Assembly: GCA_051942205.1 (NCBI GenBank) | Contig: JAVECO010000109.1 | Location: forward strand, 59,511 to 79,510 | Length of the DNA stretch: 20,000 bases | From: Coniocarpon cinnabarinum | Lineage: Eukaryota | Direction of reading: 5' to 3' | Shown: positions 10,055-20,000 of the stretch, piece by piece | How the letters are laid out: every line of letters begins with the position of its first letter | Position numbering within the stretch: the stretch's first letter is position 1 | The notes under the pieces: model-generated | The model's database searches: none | Seen by the model: the letters and a program-made list of their open reading frames with translations, nothing else | Told to the model about the DNA's origin: nothing | Position numbers and translations under genes: made by a program

Positions 10055-13000
10055 ATGAATTCGGATGGATCATCAACTGATCATCCAACTTTACCAAGTT
10101 CTCCGGAGCCCATTGCTATTGTTGGTATAGGTAATTAAGTCCACTGGTGAAAGCCACGTGTGTCACGAGGTTCTAAAGCATTCAAAGGTTGTCGATGGCC
10201 TGGTGGCGTTCGCAGTCCGGCACAGCTATGGAACTTGCTCAAGGAGGAACGCGATGGATACTCGGATTTTACCGAAGACCGCATCAACCTTCAAGGCTTT
10301 TACCATCCGGACGGTCGACGCCTGGGAAGCATGTACACCAAGGGCGGGTTTCTGCTCAACGAAAACACCCGTGATTTCGACCACACGTTTTTTGGAATGT
10401 CAGCGACGGAGACCATGTCCCTGGATCCGAGTCAGCGCAAACTACTGGAAGTTACGTATGAAGCGATTGAGAATGCCGGCATACCCCTGGAGCAGTTCTC
10501 GGGCAGTAAGACTGGAGTGTTTGTGGGTAACTTCAACAATGAGCACCAAACGATGCAGTACCGTGATACAGATCATACCCTTCCCTATGTTGTCACGGGA
10601 GGCGGCCCGACGATCCTGAGCAACCGCATCAGTTATGTGTTTGATCTTAAGGGACCGAGGTCAGTCCTCCATCTTACATGTAGTAACAGTAGACCCCTTG
10701 CCTATGAAGACTCTCTCGCCATCAAGGCTAGACGAGCTCACCGGCGCTGATGATCGCTCCTTCTAGTCTGATGGTTGACACGGCCTGTTCCGCGTCAATG
10801 TATGCCTTGCACCTAGCTGTCTTAGCTATTAGAAATGGAGACTGTGCTGGCGCAATTGTTGCCGGGGCCAATGTCATCCTGGGTCCTGACAATCAAATCT
10901 TCACAACCAAGCTAGGGGCTGTGTCCCCGACATCCCGCTGTCACACATTTGATGTAGCAGCAGATGGTTACGCAAGGGCCGAAGGCTTTGGCGCCTTCTA
11001 TCTGAAAAAGCTCTCAGACGCTTTGGCAGACGGAGACTCGATCCGGGCACTCATCCGTGGGACTGCTTTCAATGCCAATGGTAAAACGGGAGGCATCTCC
11101 CATCCCAGTTCAGATGGTCAGGAGGCTGTGATTAGACAGGCGTATCGGAATGCGGGCAACTTGAACCCGGATGTAACCGGGTACGCGGAGTGCCATGGGA
11201 CCGGGACACCAGTCGGCGACCCCATTGAGGTCTCGGCCATTGGCAGAGTCTTTCACGAGGGACGCACCCAAGAACCTCTCCTGGTCGGATCAGTAAGTTT
11301 GATTTGAGCCCAAGACGTAGAGCCAGAGGCTTTCGAATGGGTACAAATATTGATCTTGCATGATCCAGATTAAGCCAAACCTCGGTCACAGCGAAGCTGC
11401 GAGTGCGATGTCCCAGCTCATGAAATGCACTTTAGCGATGGAACATGGTGAAATTCCGGCCACCATCGGAATCGAAAACTTCAACCCCAACGTTGACTTT
11501 ACAGGCGCCAAAGTCAAGGTTGTCACCAAAATGACACCGTGGCCTTCCCATCTTCTACGACGCTCGAGCATCAATAGGTAAGTCAGTTGACCTTTTCCCT
11601 TGTCTTTCCGCCACTTCGTCCCCTATTAAACAACAGTCAATGGGCTTATAAGCGTTTTTTATATATTGACCGTTCGGACAGTTTCGGGTATGGTGGTGCC
11701 AATGCACACTGTATCCTAGACCACCCAAGCGTGGTGATCCCTGGATATCAGCTGCGGGGCTTTCGCCGCTCATCTAGGATTTCAATCCCACGGGGTCTGC
11801 CAAACGCCAATGGCTTCACCATGGGCCTTTCCAACGGCCACATCAATGGGCACAACGATCATGATAACGGCGAACTTCCATCGCTGAGCTGGTGCTCACC
11901 GGTCAGGACAATTCAGGTCAAGCAAGCGGGAGCCCGACCATTCGTATTGTTGCCTTTTTCTGCCCATGACGATCGAGCCTTGAAATCGATAGCCTCCAAC
12001 ATCTCCTCCTCGCTCAGGGACTTTGACCTTGCTGACGTGCTCTACACACTTTCGCGCCGAAGGTCAAACTTTCCTCGCCGCGCCTTCGCTATAGCTGAGT
12101 CTGGAAAATTGTCTGAAGGACTCAATCCAGACAATTTAATTCCCGGCAAGGCTCCCAGTACTCCTGCCACCCGGATCGGATTTGTGTTCACAGGGCAGGG
12201 AGCTCAATGGCCACAGAGTGAGTCAGCTTCTCTCTCGTCATTGTCAATCCAAGCCAGTAGCGCTTCAACAGGGGCAAAGTGAAGGTCATGTTGACTTCAG
12301 CGGACTAACTTGATGGTGTTATAGTGGGCTGCGCTTTGCTGGCAGAATACGCTGTTTTCAGACATACCATTAAATACCTGGACAGCGTACTCAGCCGACT
12401 AAGGTGGAAGCCTGCATGGACTATCGAGGGGGCTCTCAAAGAGCCACCTGCTACGAGTAAAATTAACGATCCAGCCTTCTCACAAACGGTTTGCACTGGT
12501 TTGCAAATAGCATTAGTAGCTTTGTTGCGCCAATGGGAAATCAACCCCACTGCTACGGTCGGTCACTCCTCGGGTAAGGCGACTTTTCCATTCTACAGCT
12601 CCTCAAGAGTCCAGAGGAGCATGAGCTGACGCCGCATAGGAGAGATCGCCGCGGCTTATGCTGCAGGTCGTCTGAAGGCGAGTGAAGCAATAGTACTGGC
12701 TTACTTTCGTGGCCAGGTAGTCACGAATAATCAAAACGAGGGTTTGATGTCAGCTGTTGGCCTTGGGCCCCATGAAGCGCGAAATTCACTGAATGGCTTC
12801 GAGGATGAGGTCAAGATTGCAGCCGTCAATTCTCCCAACAGTGTCACACTTTCCGGCGAGCCGGAACCAGTCAAGTTCTTGAGCCAAAAGTTGACCGATC
12901 AAGGCGTGTTCGCCAGAACCCTGAAAACTGGAGGCAACGCATACCATTCTCACCACATGTGGGCCTTGGGAACGTCGTACGAGGATCAAGCAACTGAAGG

Positions 13001-16000
13001 TCTGAGAGAAGTTGACGCTGTGACTGACGCGGAGCCTCCTGTGCCCGTTGTGAAGTGGGTTTCTTCAGTCACCTTGGAAACACAAATAGATACCCCTCGC
13101 CCGGATTACTGGCGGCGTAACCTCGAGTCACCAGTGCTGTTCGCGCCTGCGGTAGAGGTGCTGGCCAAAGAAGAACCACTCGACCTGTTAGTCGAGATCG
13201 GACCACATCCCGCACTTACTGGCCCATTGAAGCAAATCCGGACCGGTCTCGAGGAGTCGGACAAGGGACTCCCGCCCGTACTTGCAACCCTGCGTAGAGG
13301 CGAACACGACGTGGTGAGCATGCTCAGTCTAGCTGGACACCTATTCCTCAACAATGCCCCCGTGGATCTGGCATATGTCAATGCAACTGAAACCAAGACA
13401 GAATCAGACAGCTATGGCCCCATCACTCTCCATCATGGCTTTCAATGCGTCGACCTGTTCCCATATCCATACTCGTATCCGGAAGCGCCAGTATATTTTG
13501 AAAATCGCTTCAATAGGGAGTATCGCACGAGAAGGCATGCGCGTCACGACTTACTCGGACTCAGGACGCCTGCGGGCTCGAAGAAACACCCACAATGGAG
13601 AAACGTCCTACGTCTCAAGGATCTACCATGGCTCGACGACCATAAGTTACTCCCTCACCCAGTTTTACCCGGAGCCGCTTATATTACTATGGCCGTTGAA
13701 GCGGTAGCCCAGCTACACGATGACGAGACAGAGCATGCGGGTGCTCACTCGAAAATTAGGTCTTTCAAGCTTCGTCAGGTCGTTCTGAATTCCACGCTCA
13801 ACATTGAGGATACAGAGCTAGGGACCGAGATAATCGTGAATGTACAGAAAGTAGCCTTGACGAACGCCAGCCTCATGTCACAATGGTATAGCTTCAGTAT
13901 CGGCTCCATAGCTCCGAACAATGACACTTGGACAGAACACTGCACTGGCATGGTGTGCGCCATGACAACAGATAACTCGATAGACGAAGGCCAAAACCTT
14001 GAGCTTGATCCGCGCTCAAGATCACTTGATATGACGCGTTGGCATCGAAAGTTTGCTTCGCTCGGTCTGGGTTATGGTCCCGCGTTTCAAGGCCTATCAG
14101 ACTTGCAAGCATACTGGGGGAGTAACATCGCCGGTGCTACAGTTGCTTTAAAGCCTACCGGCGACGACGCAGCTGAGTCCCACTACCTCGTCCACCCTGC
14201 AACACTGGATACGTGTATTCAACTGGCTTTGATAGCCTGTCATGCAGGTCAAGTGGAGAGACTGGAGAAAGCCTTTGTGCCAGTCTTCATAGACGAGGTC
14301 ACGATATGGAATCCGAATGACGACGGCGAAAGCCAAGCCTGGGGCATAGCAAGCGGCAGTCCCGTTGGCTTGCGCAGCATCAGCGCTCGAGTACAGCTCC
14401 ATGGTTGCACTTCCAACAGGCTCTTGTTGGAAATTGGGGAGGTTAAATGTGTGACCTACGATGGAGGTCAAGGTGACGCGGATTCCATGATTGCAAGAGA
14501 ACCGTATTGGAGACCTGTAACGAGGATCGACGTGGATAGCATGACGACGGGCACTGCGAGAGCCTTATTCCCTCCAGAAACGCTATCGTCGAACACGCCT
14601 GCGACACTGGATACATTAGCTGCTCATGTTATTGCAAGCATTGGAGAAGAGCTCAGTAGTGAAGAAACGAGTCCCAGTGAGATCCAAACTCACAACAAGT
14701 TTGGTCAGTGGATAACCGCGTGGCTGAGCTCATCTGCACCGAAGGATGTTCTCAATGATGCTAGCAGGTCACAACGACGCATTATCATCGAGAAGCTGGC
14801 CGAAGAGCTTTGTGATGTTCCCGAAGCGAAGTGCCTCAAAACTTTACACGACAATATTGACAAGGTTCTTAGAGGAGACACAAACAGCTTCAAGTTGCTG
14901 ATGGAGAGCAATGCGCTGACAGAGCTCTACAAGTCGGGTCTTTTCGTCCAAAAAGCACATTTTCAACTTCAGCAACTGGTCGACCTTCTGGCTCACAAAA
15001 ATCCTAGAATGCGCATCTTAGAAGTGGGGGCTGGATTAGGTGGCACAACAGCAGCCGTCTTGGAAACATTGTCGGCTAACTCGCTGGCGAAGCGGTTCGA
15101 GCAATATGTGATCACGGACTCTGCGGGCTGGTGTGTTTCTGATGCAAAAACAAGTCTAAGTGAACATGGTGCGGGGCTGGTTTTCCAAACGTTAGATGTC
15201 CAGGAAGATCCCGTTTCTCAGGGCCTGGAATATCACTCGTTCGACTTGATCATCGCTGCAGGGTGTCTCATCGAGCTCAGTGATCCTATCAAGGGCCTTG
15301 AGCACCTGCACTCTCTGTTGAAACCTTCAGGATCGTTGGTCGTCATGGAGACTACACATTCAGCACTGGCTCCGGAGCTCCTTTGCCGTACCTTGACTGG
15401 CAGGTGGGACCAGGAAACTTTCTTTTTGGACACTGCGCAATGGAACACTGTGTTACAAAAGTCGGGCTTCTCAGGCGTTGACGTGTCTCTCCCAGACGTA
15501 AGTTCCTATCACATCATGTCCCTGCTGCAAGACTGTGCATGCCTCTGCTATGGATTTTGGTGAGATCTCTGAGCTGATTTGGGTATATCCAAAAGTATGC
15601 TGGGAGTCGTGACATATCAACGGTCATGCTCTCAAAGGCCAGGAGGCTCGAAGCTCCCGCAATCGCAACACGGCGACCACCAGAGGTCTATATTGTCTTC
15701 CGAGATAACCACCCTCCTCTACTCGCGGAATCAATCACCGCGAAGCTACGCAAGGAAGGCCAGTACGCAATGCTTACTGATCTCTTGCTCAGCCATGAAA
15801 TTCCGTCGAATTCTCTGGTCATCTCCATGGTGGATGTCAATGGATCTACCATGACATGTCGGGATGACAATCATTTCAAGGCCCTTCAAGGACTCCTTTT
15901 ACAAGCCTCAGGGGTGGTCTGGGTCGCCTCTGATCTTCGTTCACCGGCTGATTCGGCAATAATGAAGGGCTTGCTGAGATCTATCGCCGTTGAGAACGTA

Positions 16001-18672
16001 CTCTCCAAGTACTGCTTTGTGGAGATCGATCAAAATCACTTCACATCTCAAGCAAGAGCTGCTGAGTTGATACTTGCCAGACTGGATGACTTGCAGGCAT
16101 CCGTAGCTTCGGGCGTCGCTCTTGAAGCTGAGAGTGTACTCCGTGATGGTTCATTCTATGTGGAACGCTTGCTTCCGGAGGAAAGTCTCAACGAGGAGTT
16201 TCGCCTCCGCTATAGACATGAAGATGTTGTACAAGAAAGTACGGTGGGCGGCCAGGGGCCTTTCATGGCCTGCTATGGCCAGCCTGGTGTGCTCTCCTCA
16301 CTGTATTTCAGAAGCGATCCTGAGTTCGATGAGGCGTTGGATGACAGCTGTATTGACATCAAAACAGAAGCCATAGGGCTTAATATGAAGGTAAGTCTCC
16401 CCTTTACGACCTGGGAGCATTCACTGGACAGAATTGTACCCATTATCTTGTCGAAGCAAGCTTCTAATCAGATCTCATCTTCAGGACTTAGCAGTGGCTA
16501 CCGCAAGGTTCGATTTGACAAAGCTGAGTACGGAGGCGGCAGGTATCGTAACACAGGTCGGCCCAGCCGTGAAGTCTCTCCAAGTAGGAGATCGAGTCTT
16601 TGGCATGATTCCAGGAAACATGGGCAATTTTCTCAGGTCTCCAGCTTCTCTTGTCGCAAAGATCCCGGCCAGATTGTCTGCGGAGGAGGCTGCATCCATG
16701 CCTGTGGTTTATCTTACAGCCATCTACGCTCTCAGTCATCTTGCACACTTAGGCAAGGGTGATTCGGTCCTGATTCAGTCTGCAACGGGAGGCTTAGGTA
16801 TGGCAGCTCTTCAACTGTCTCAGCATCTAGGCGCCGAGGTCTTTGCGACTGTAGGTAACGATGACAAGCGCGAGATACTGATAGAAGAGTTTGGCATTCC
16901 TGCTAGTCATATCTTCAACTCACGAAAGCTTGACGCTGTCGACGACATCATGAAAATGACAAAGCGGAAAGGTGTTGATGTCATTCTCAGCGCCGCTGGT
17001 GGAGACTTAATGCATGAGATGTGGAGATGTATCGCGCCTTTGGGGCGCTTCATTGACGTTGGCAGAACTGACGTGCTCGGTGGCGGCAGGCTTGGCCTGG
17101 AGGTGTTCAAGCGAAATGCCACCTTCTCGTCTTTCGACATGGGTCTCATCTATCGCCAGAAGCCCTTCTTGATAGAAAGGTACGTGCATCGTTTTTCTGC
17201 TATTGCAGCTCTTCGTTAACCAAGATCTTCAGACTGATGACTGAGATGAACAAACTCATACGACAAGGCAGTATCAACCCCATCAAGCATCTCACTTGTT
17301 TCGACATCTCGCGATTGGAGTCCGCCATGAGCAGTTTCTCCAAGGGCCAGCATACCGGAAAATTCGTCATCACGTTCAAAGAGCCCAACGCTACATTAAA
17401 GGTTCTGCGGCCAGCGTCTCGAGCGTCGTTCGACCCGAATGCCGCATACTTGCTGGTCGGCTGCTTGGGCGGGCTTGGCCGCAGTCTGGCTGCCTGGATG
17501 GTCGAACGAGGGGCTCGCCAACTTGTTTTCCTCTCCCGGTCTGGCACAACCGCACGTGCAGCTGGTTCGATGTCAACAGAACTGATTGAGATGGGAGCCA
17601 ACCCGCAGATCGTTCAATGCGACGTCACAGATCAAAAAGCTCTCAGGTTAGCCGTGGGACAAATCGTTGACAAACTGCCTGTGAAAGGTATAGTTCACGC
17701 AGCCATGGTTGAAGGGGTAAGTTTCTTCGTCCTGCTCTCAAGCTCATGATTTCCATGCTGTGTCGACATTACTGATGAACGAGACAGGATGCTTTCTTCA
17801 ATAACACCACCTTGTCCCAGATTCAAGACGTTCTCGCGCCCAAGGTCACAGGTACTGTTAATCTTCACGAAGCAACCAAGCATCTTCCGTTAGACTTCTT
17901 CCTTATGACGTCGTCCATCATTGGCAGCGTCGGCACCGCCAGCCAAGGAGCATATACAGCAGCGAATGCATTCCAGGATGCTTTTGCGAGATTCCGTGTC
18001 TCGCAGTCCCTTCCCGCTACATCCTTGGGCCTTGGATTGATTCTTGAAGTCGGTTCAGTCAGCAATGCCGTGGGGTTTCAGCAAATGCTCGAGCGCAGTG
18101 CTACCTATGGCATCTCGGAGACGGAATTTCTGCAGCTTGTAGAGGGCGCGCTGTGCGAGTCCAACCCGTCACGTCAGACTTCGATGTTGTCAAAGCTTGA
18201 TCCCGATAGTCTCGGTCAAGTAGTGACGGGACTTGAGCCCGCTCGATTCATACCCAAGATTGAGAGCGATCGTGCTGGCGATCTGATCTGGTTCAACAAC
18301 ACCAGGTTTCAGGCAGTTACGCAGGCGGTGTTGGAACGAGCTCGAGCGCGCAACTCAGCTGGCCATACCTCAGGTGGAGCTGCTTCATATCGCAGCCGGA
18401 TCGACGAGGCACCAACGCCGGAAGGGAAGACGTCGATCGCGCAGGAGGCGCTCGGGGCGCGCATCGGAGAGCTTGTCAGCGTCGCGGCAGACGACCTAGA
18501 TTTTGACAAAGCGCCGTCACACTACGGCGTGGACAGTCTGGTGGCAGGGGAGCTGAGGAATTGGCTGATCCGAACTTTTGGCGTGGATGTGTCGTTGCTG
18601 CATTTGCTGGACCAAGGCACGAAGCTTGACAGTCTGGTGAAGGAAGCTGCCGGAATAGATAGCAAGGCATGA
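10055..18672 (+). CDS. Highly reducing iterative type I polyketide synthase, KS-AT-DH-(degenerate cMT)-ER-KR-ACP, ~2594 aa, 11 exons
   Basis: Exons 10055-10130, 10188-10659, 10767-11292, 11369-11577, 11682-12217, 12325-12573, 12640-15497, 15596-16390, 16485-17179, 17233-17716, 17788-18672 (7785 nt, phases consistent). KS: EPIAIVGIGCRWPG, DTACS, ECHGTGT, KPNLGHSE. AT: GQGAQW, GHSSG, AYHSHHM. DH: DHKLLPHPVLPG and HPATLD. MT-like: ILEVGAGLGG. ER: LIQSATGGLG. KR: GCLGGLG, HAAMVEGD, PKVTG, MTSS, YTAAN. ACP: GVDSL. The stop follows directly after the ACP. Confidence 0.97.
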
Positions 18673-18980
18673 AGCTTTCGGCGCAAAGAGGTTCACGACT
18701 GATGGATTGAAACGATAGATTTCTTATTTTCCCGTGCACGGGGTATGTCATGACGCGTTGACCAGAACGGCTTTTGTAAGTGTTGCGTGTCCCCCTCCCC
18801 GTGAAGATGAAGGAGCTTCCGCGAGGCTTCTCATGTATTGCCACATCCCAAGACAGGACGTCCCACGCAGCGTGCATCCCTGACCAAACCTCACAAGAAC
18901 GCTCAAATCGAAGAATAGCCAAGCCCGTGTTGAAAGACAATGTTGAGGACATCAAGAATGGAAGCAGATTGTCGAAGATT

Positions 18981-18992
18981 TATGACGTCATA
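18981..18992. promoter_or_regulatory. CRE/ATF-type bZIP palindrome TATGACGTCATA
   Basis: Perfect 12-bp palindrome containing the consensus TGACGTCA, ~125 nt upstream of the ATG at 19115. Confidence 0.5.
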
Positions 18993-19002
18993 TTTCCGGC
19001 CT

Positions 19003-19031
19003 CCTCACGTACCCTCACGTGCCCTCACGTG
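19003..19031 (+). repeat. Three tandem CCTCACGT units with 10-bp period; two contain the E-box CACGTG
   Basis: ctCCTCACGT acCCTCACGT gcCCTCACGT g, read directly at 19001-19031. Confidence 0.75.
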
Positions 19032-19114
19032 CTTCATATCTAATCCATCCATCGAAGAGCTCGCTCGGTATATTTGAGGGGACAAACGACCTCCTGAGAC
19101 CAAGCACTACCAAA

Positions 19115-20000
19115 ATGTCCAATCAACCATTTCCCCAATGCCAATCCCCTTCCCTCCATCTCCCCCTCTCCAAAATCCACTCATCCTCCCAACCCCCAGC
19201 GAGTTTCAACCCCCTCGGCGCTACTCTCTTCCTCCTCTACATCCTCACCGCCCTGCTCCTCACCAATTACATCCTCTACATCCTCTACACCCGCTACCAC
19301 TCCCTCTCCCCGATTCTCCGCCAGAATGCCGCATTCACCCGCCGCCTGCGTGTCCTGTCGTGGATGGCAATTCTCAGCTTTGCGATCCTCTCGTGGAATA
19401 TGTCCGCGTTTCTGGTTCAATCGGCTACCTGTTACATCCTCCGTAATGACCCACTCGTCCCTGATTCGATTGAGATTGTAAGAATAGCGGCAGCAATTTA
19501 CGAATGGACCATCCATTCCGCGCTCTTCACGGAATTTTCTTGGAATCTGATCAAAACCCCGCTCGCGGCTTCAATCACCCAAGCGTCTCTAACGCTCACT
19601 TTACTCACCACCATTCTCATCAAAGCGCTGAGCAAATCCTACAGCATCACTCCCTGGCCTTATCTCCTTCTGTCTCAAATCCTGCCAGCCTCCTTTCCCC
19701 TGTCGTTATTACTCATCCATATTCTACTCCTCGAACCGCACAGCAACGCAAATCCCTTTCAAAGGGTGCTCTCGCCCTTCCAAAGCGAAGAGATTCGCTT
19801 CTTTGAAGTCGCGACACCAGTCGCTGTCCTGCTCGGGTACTATAACTGGCTGAATTACATTCCGTGCGTTTTGAATTCCGAAAGCCTCTTAGCGCAGGTC
19901 GCGGCCGCACGCGCGTTTCTAGCAGCGACGTGGGCGGTGGACTGGGATGTAAGTGGTGTTTCTCTGGTTGGGGTCGGGGCTTGGGTTCTGGTGCTGGGGG
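19115..20000 (+). CDS. Uncharacterised multi-pass integral membrane protein, 5' part; continues beyond the right edge
   Basis: Stop-free frame of 295 codons from CAAA-ATG at 19115 to the window end: MSNQPFPQ...FNPLGATLFLLYILTALLLTNYILYILY...VLSWMAILSFAILSWNMSAFLVQS...IYEWTIHSALFTEFSWNL...WPYLLLSQILPASFPLSLLLIHILLL... It has several hydrophobic helices and C-ending codon bias in the 5' half. It is missing from the ORF track, presumably because there is no stop in the window. Confidence 0.75.
   Translation, partial: MSNQPFPQCQSPSLHLPLSKIHSSSQPPASFNPLGATLFLLYILTALLLTNYILYILYTRYHSLSPILRQNAAFTRRLRVLSWMAILSFAILSWNMSAFLVQSATCYILRNDPLVPDSIEIVRIAAAIYEWTIHSALFTEFSWNLIKTPLAASITQASLTLTLLTTILIKALSKSYSITPWPYLLLSQILPASFPLSLLLIHILLLEPHSNANPFQRVLSPFQSEEIRFFEVATPVAVLLGYYNWLNYIPCVLNSESLLAQVAAARAFLAATWAVDWDVSGVSLVGVGAWVLVLG

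Larger units (their letters stand above)
1..18672. other. Fungal HR-PKS biosynthetic gene cluster (OMT, P450, SDR, GMC oxidoreductase, HR-PKS); open at the left edge
   Basis: Five consecutive genes all encode typical polyketide backbone or tailoring enzymes, arranged as two divergent pairs plus the SDR, with no housekeeping gene recognised between them. Confidence 0.88.

Noticed and set aside
11800..11872. Asn/Gly/His-rich stretch (NANG..SNGHINGHNDHDNG) after the KS domain
   Set aside because: Low-complexity NGH-type linkers are commonplace in fungal PKS KS-AT linkers.
10160..18672. PKS, P450 and GMC appear as many separate ORFs, suggesting frameshifted pseudogenes or multiple genes
   Set aside because: Every break coincides with a GT..AG intron with a plausible branch site, and the exon phases sum to uninterrupted frames.
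18731..18742. 12-bp palindrome CCCGTGCACGGG (CCG-N4-CGG)
   Set aside because: Lies ~60 nt after the PKS stop, probably in its 3' UTR; several 12-bp palindromes are expected by chance in 20 kb.
19138..19516. Pro/His-rich (+) and Glu/Gly-rich (-) ORFs that look like repetitive proteins
   Set aside because: Alternative-frame readings of the CTC/ATC/TAC-rich transmembrane-coding frame starting at 19115.
1..20000. Assignment to a named cluster (patulin, solanapyrone, sordarial/trichoxide, fumonisin)
   Set aside because: Gene content or PKS architecture differs from each (no 6-MSA synthase, no BBE oxidase, no cupin, no aminotransferase in the window), and no database comparison was possible, so no gene symbols are given.

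Overview
Intron-containing fungal (ascomycete-type) genomic DNA carrying most of a secondary-metabolite biosynthetic gene cluster. Left to right: the 5' end of a SAM-dependent O-methyltransferase (minus strand, runs off the left edge, absent from the ORF track); a 4-exon cytochrome P450 (+); a 2-exon classical short-chain dehydrogenase/reductase (+); a 3-exon, probably secreted GMC oxidoreductase resembling PatE/versicolorin B synthase (-); an 11-exon, ~2594-aa highly reducing iterative type I PKS (KS-AT-DH-degenerate cMT-ER-KR-ACP, no release domain; +); and the 5' part of an uncharacterised multi-pass membrane protein gene (+, runs off the right edge, also absent from the ORF track) that probably marks the cluster border. 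All four complete genes splice by hand into intact reading frames using GT..AG introns. OMT/P450 and GMC/PKS are head-to-head pairs. I cannot assign the cluster to a known compound from the sequence alone. No RNA genes, CRISPR arrays or mobile elements were recognised.
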